From contig OZ024743.1 of the NCBI GenBank assembly GCA_964016885.1, positions 163,618,001 through 163,682,000 on the forward strand: a stretch of DNA of 64,000 bases, written 5' to 3'. Origin of the DNA: Eledone cirrhosa (taxonomy: Eukaryota). A program made the translations under genes and the position numbers. The notes under the pieces are model-generated. The model saw only the letters and a list, made by a program, of their open reading frames with translations, did no database searches and had not been told where the DNA came from. Position 1 is the stretch's first letter, and every line of letters starts with the position of its first letter. Positions 61,610 through 64,000 of the stretch are shown here, piece by piece.

Positions 61610-64000
61610 GAAGGAGTGGCACGAATAATGTACCCAATCCACACTGTAAGGTAGTTGGTGATAGGAAGGGCATCTAGTCAGAAAAACCCTACCAAAATAT
61701 GAACAGTACAACAAACATAACTCTCACAAATTGCATATACAGGGCTAACACTAGTCATGTTAATGTTGCACACAGTACTGGGGGTGGCTGGAGTAGTCAT
61801 GTGCCCCTCAATCGTCATTAAGCAATCATACCACCCTTTTCCCTTTCAGATCCATAAAGGGTCTACCCAAGATAATAGCAACTGACAAGGTACAAAACTC
61901 AGGACTGCCACCCTTAATGTTGGCATCCTGATAGGTAAATCAGGTGAAATTATGGAACTGCTAGAGAGAAGAGAAGTAGACATTTGCTGTGTACAAGAGG
62001 TGAGATGGAGGGGTGCTTCAGCAAGACTACTGACAAGCAAACAGCATAGATACAAGCTTTACTGGGTAGGAAATGATGATGGGGTAGGAGGTGTAGGCAT
62101 CTTGCTGGCTGAGAAATGGATAAAGTGATAGAAGTAGTTAGAGTAAGTAACAGAATTATCAAGCTTAGATTAGCAGAAGGAAATAGACTGGTGACAATTA
62201 CATCTATGTATGCCCCACAGGCAGGACTGAATAAAGAACAAAAGGATAGGTTCTATGAGGAACTTTTACAGATAACTTCAGGTATTGATGAAAGAGACCA
62301 CATCATCCTGTCAGGCAACTTCAGTGGACTTGTGGCGCAGTACCAGGACGGATTCAGTGGAGTTCACGGTGACTATGGTTATGACTTGAGAAACGATACA
62401 TGATTGAAGCTCTTGGAATTCTGTGATGCAAATGAACTAAGCATTTGCAACACAATTTTAAGAAACAAGCTAGCCATCTGATCTCATATCAATCAGGTGA
62501 AAACACAAGCCAAATTGATTACTTCCTCGTAAAATGAAATAAACAGACTGTAAGGCATTCCCTGGCAAAGAATGCACCACACAACACAAATTAGTTATTA
62601 GTGACATCAGATTAAATGCAAGACAGAAGAAGATACACCAGAAAATATGGGGATGGAAGGTTTGGAAGCTAAAGGACCTTTCAGTTAAATATAAGTTCAG
62701 AAAGGCCCTACATGTTGCATTTGTTGAGAGAAGTGACATATAATGTAGAGAACAATTGAAAATTCTTGCGTGACAACCTTTTGTGAATAACTGACAAGAC
62801 TTGTAGCTGGAGTAAAATGCCAACCAGACATTGTGACCTGGTGATGGAACAGCACAGTGGATAGAGCCATTAAAACCAAGAGACAGGCATGGAAAGACTG
62901 GAAAAATGGTGGAAGCTGAGACTGGTACCAGGTAGCTAAGAGAGAAGCTAGACAATAGCTATACACAGCTTGGAGAGTGGCTGAAAAGAGAAAGTTTGCC
63001 AATGTCTTGACAAGTGAGGTGTTCCACATTGCAAAGCAGTGTGTCACTGTGAATCAGGATGTTGTTGGGAAAAAGTGTGTTAGAAATGACTGATGCTCAA
63101 GAGAAAGAGGCCTGTAAATGTTACTATGAGAGACTGATGAATGCAGAGGATGATTGGGAGGAAGAGAAACTACCCCCAACTTAGAAGGACCAGCTATTGA
63201 AGCTGACAGTTAAAGATCAAAGAAGCAATCAGAGATAAAAAATGGTAAAGCTGCAGGACCATCAGAGATAGCTGCTGAGATGCTAAAAGTATCGGGAGAT
63301 GTAGGAGTTGAACTAGTAACCCGCATAGTCAATCAAGTAATGGAGTCATATGCAATGACTGGTGCAGCAGTACAATCGTAAATTGCTTCAAGGGCAAAGG
63401 GAATGTTCTAGAAAGGCACAACTATAGAAGTATAAAACTAATGGACCTTGTTATGAAAGTGACGGAAAGAGTTATAGAGCAGCTAATTAGAGAAAGAGTC
63501 AAATTAGACGTGATGCAGTTTGGTTTCATGCCTGGGAAAAGTACTACAGATGCCCTCTTTCTAGTAAGAAGTTCCTATCCAAAAATAAGCTACTATACTT
63601 AGCTTTTTTTATCTAGAAAAGGCCTTTGACAGAGTAGCTCGGTCTATTATCTGGTGATCCTTAAGGAAATAAGTACAGAAGAATGGCTTATGAGGGCAGT
63701 GCAAGCCATGTACAGAATAACTGTTAGTAAAGTAAGAGTTGGAAAGTTTAGAGAGCTACTGCCACAACAAAAGGTTTCTCCTTACATATAAAAAGATGAT
63801 GTATGACACCCGAGTGTGAATTGCAATGCTGCATGGTAGTGAAACATGGGCTGTGACTGCAGAAGACATGCATAGACTGGAGAGAAATGAAGCAGCCATA
63901 CTTCGTTGGATGTACAATGTAAATATGAGAGAAAGGCAGAACTTGGATGAGTTGAGGGAGAAGCTGGGCTTAAGAGGAATCCAAAATATGGTGCAAGAGA
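61610..64000 (+). mobile_element. Decayed RTE LINE (copy V, Q-like subfamily) including its 5' region; internal deletion; runs off the window end
   Basis: KLRTATLNVG, CVQEVRWRG, SMYAPQAGL, WKLKDLS, MQFGF, MLHGSETW in broken frames. Confidence 0.9.

Overview
AT-rich eukaryotic DNA made almost entirely of repeats. No host protein-coding gene could be supported. The (AT)n/(GT)n microsatellites and the RTE, SINE and Penelope repertoire suggest an invertebrate, probably a cephalopod; this is an inference. In order, the window holds: (1) a 5.3 kb compound minisatellite (~63 bp unit); (2) a decayed full-length CsRn1-clade Ty3/Gypsy element whose two LTRs both carry SINEs at the same site; (3) many fragments of RTE, Tx1/L1, Gypsy and Penelope elements; (4) three head-to-tail, near-full-length RTE LINEs at 29.7-44.2 kb, one with an intact 1084-aa ORF and ~3.5 tandem 635-bp 5' monomers; (5) further RTE copies, SINE arrays and TTAA-flanked MITEs. 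The most striking observations are a C4HC3 PHD-type finger inserted inside the RT domain and conserved across RTE subfamilies, a stem-loop module that is 3' in some subfamilies but upstream of the ORF in another, and several short fold-back elements in (TA)n that carry minimal type I hammerhead ribozyme motifs. All of this was read by eye; coordinates of decayed elements are approximate.
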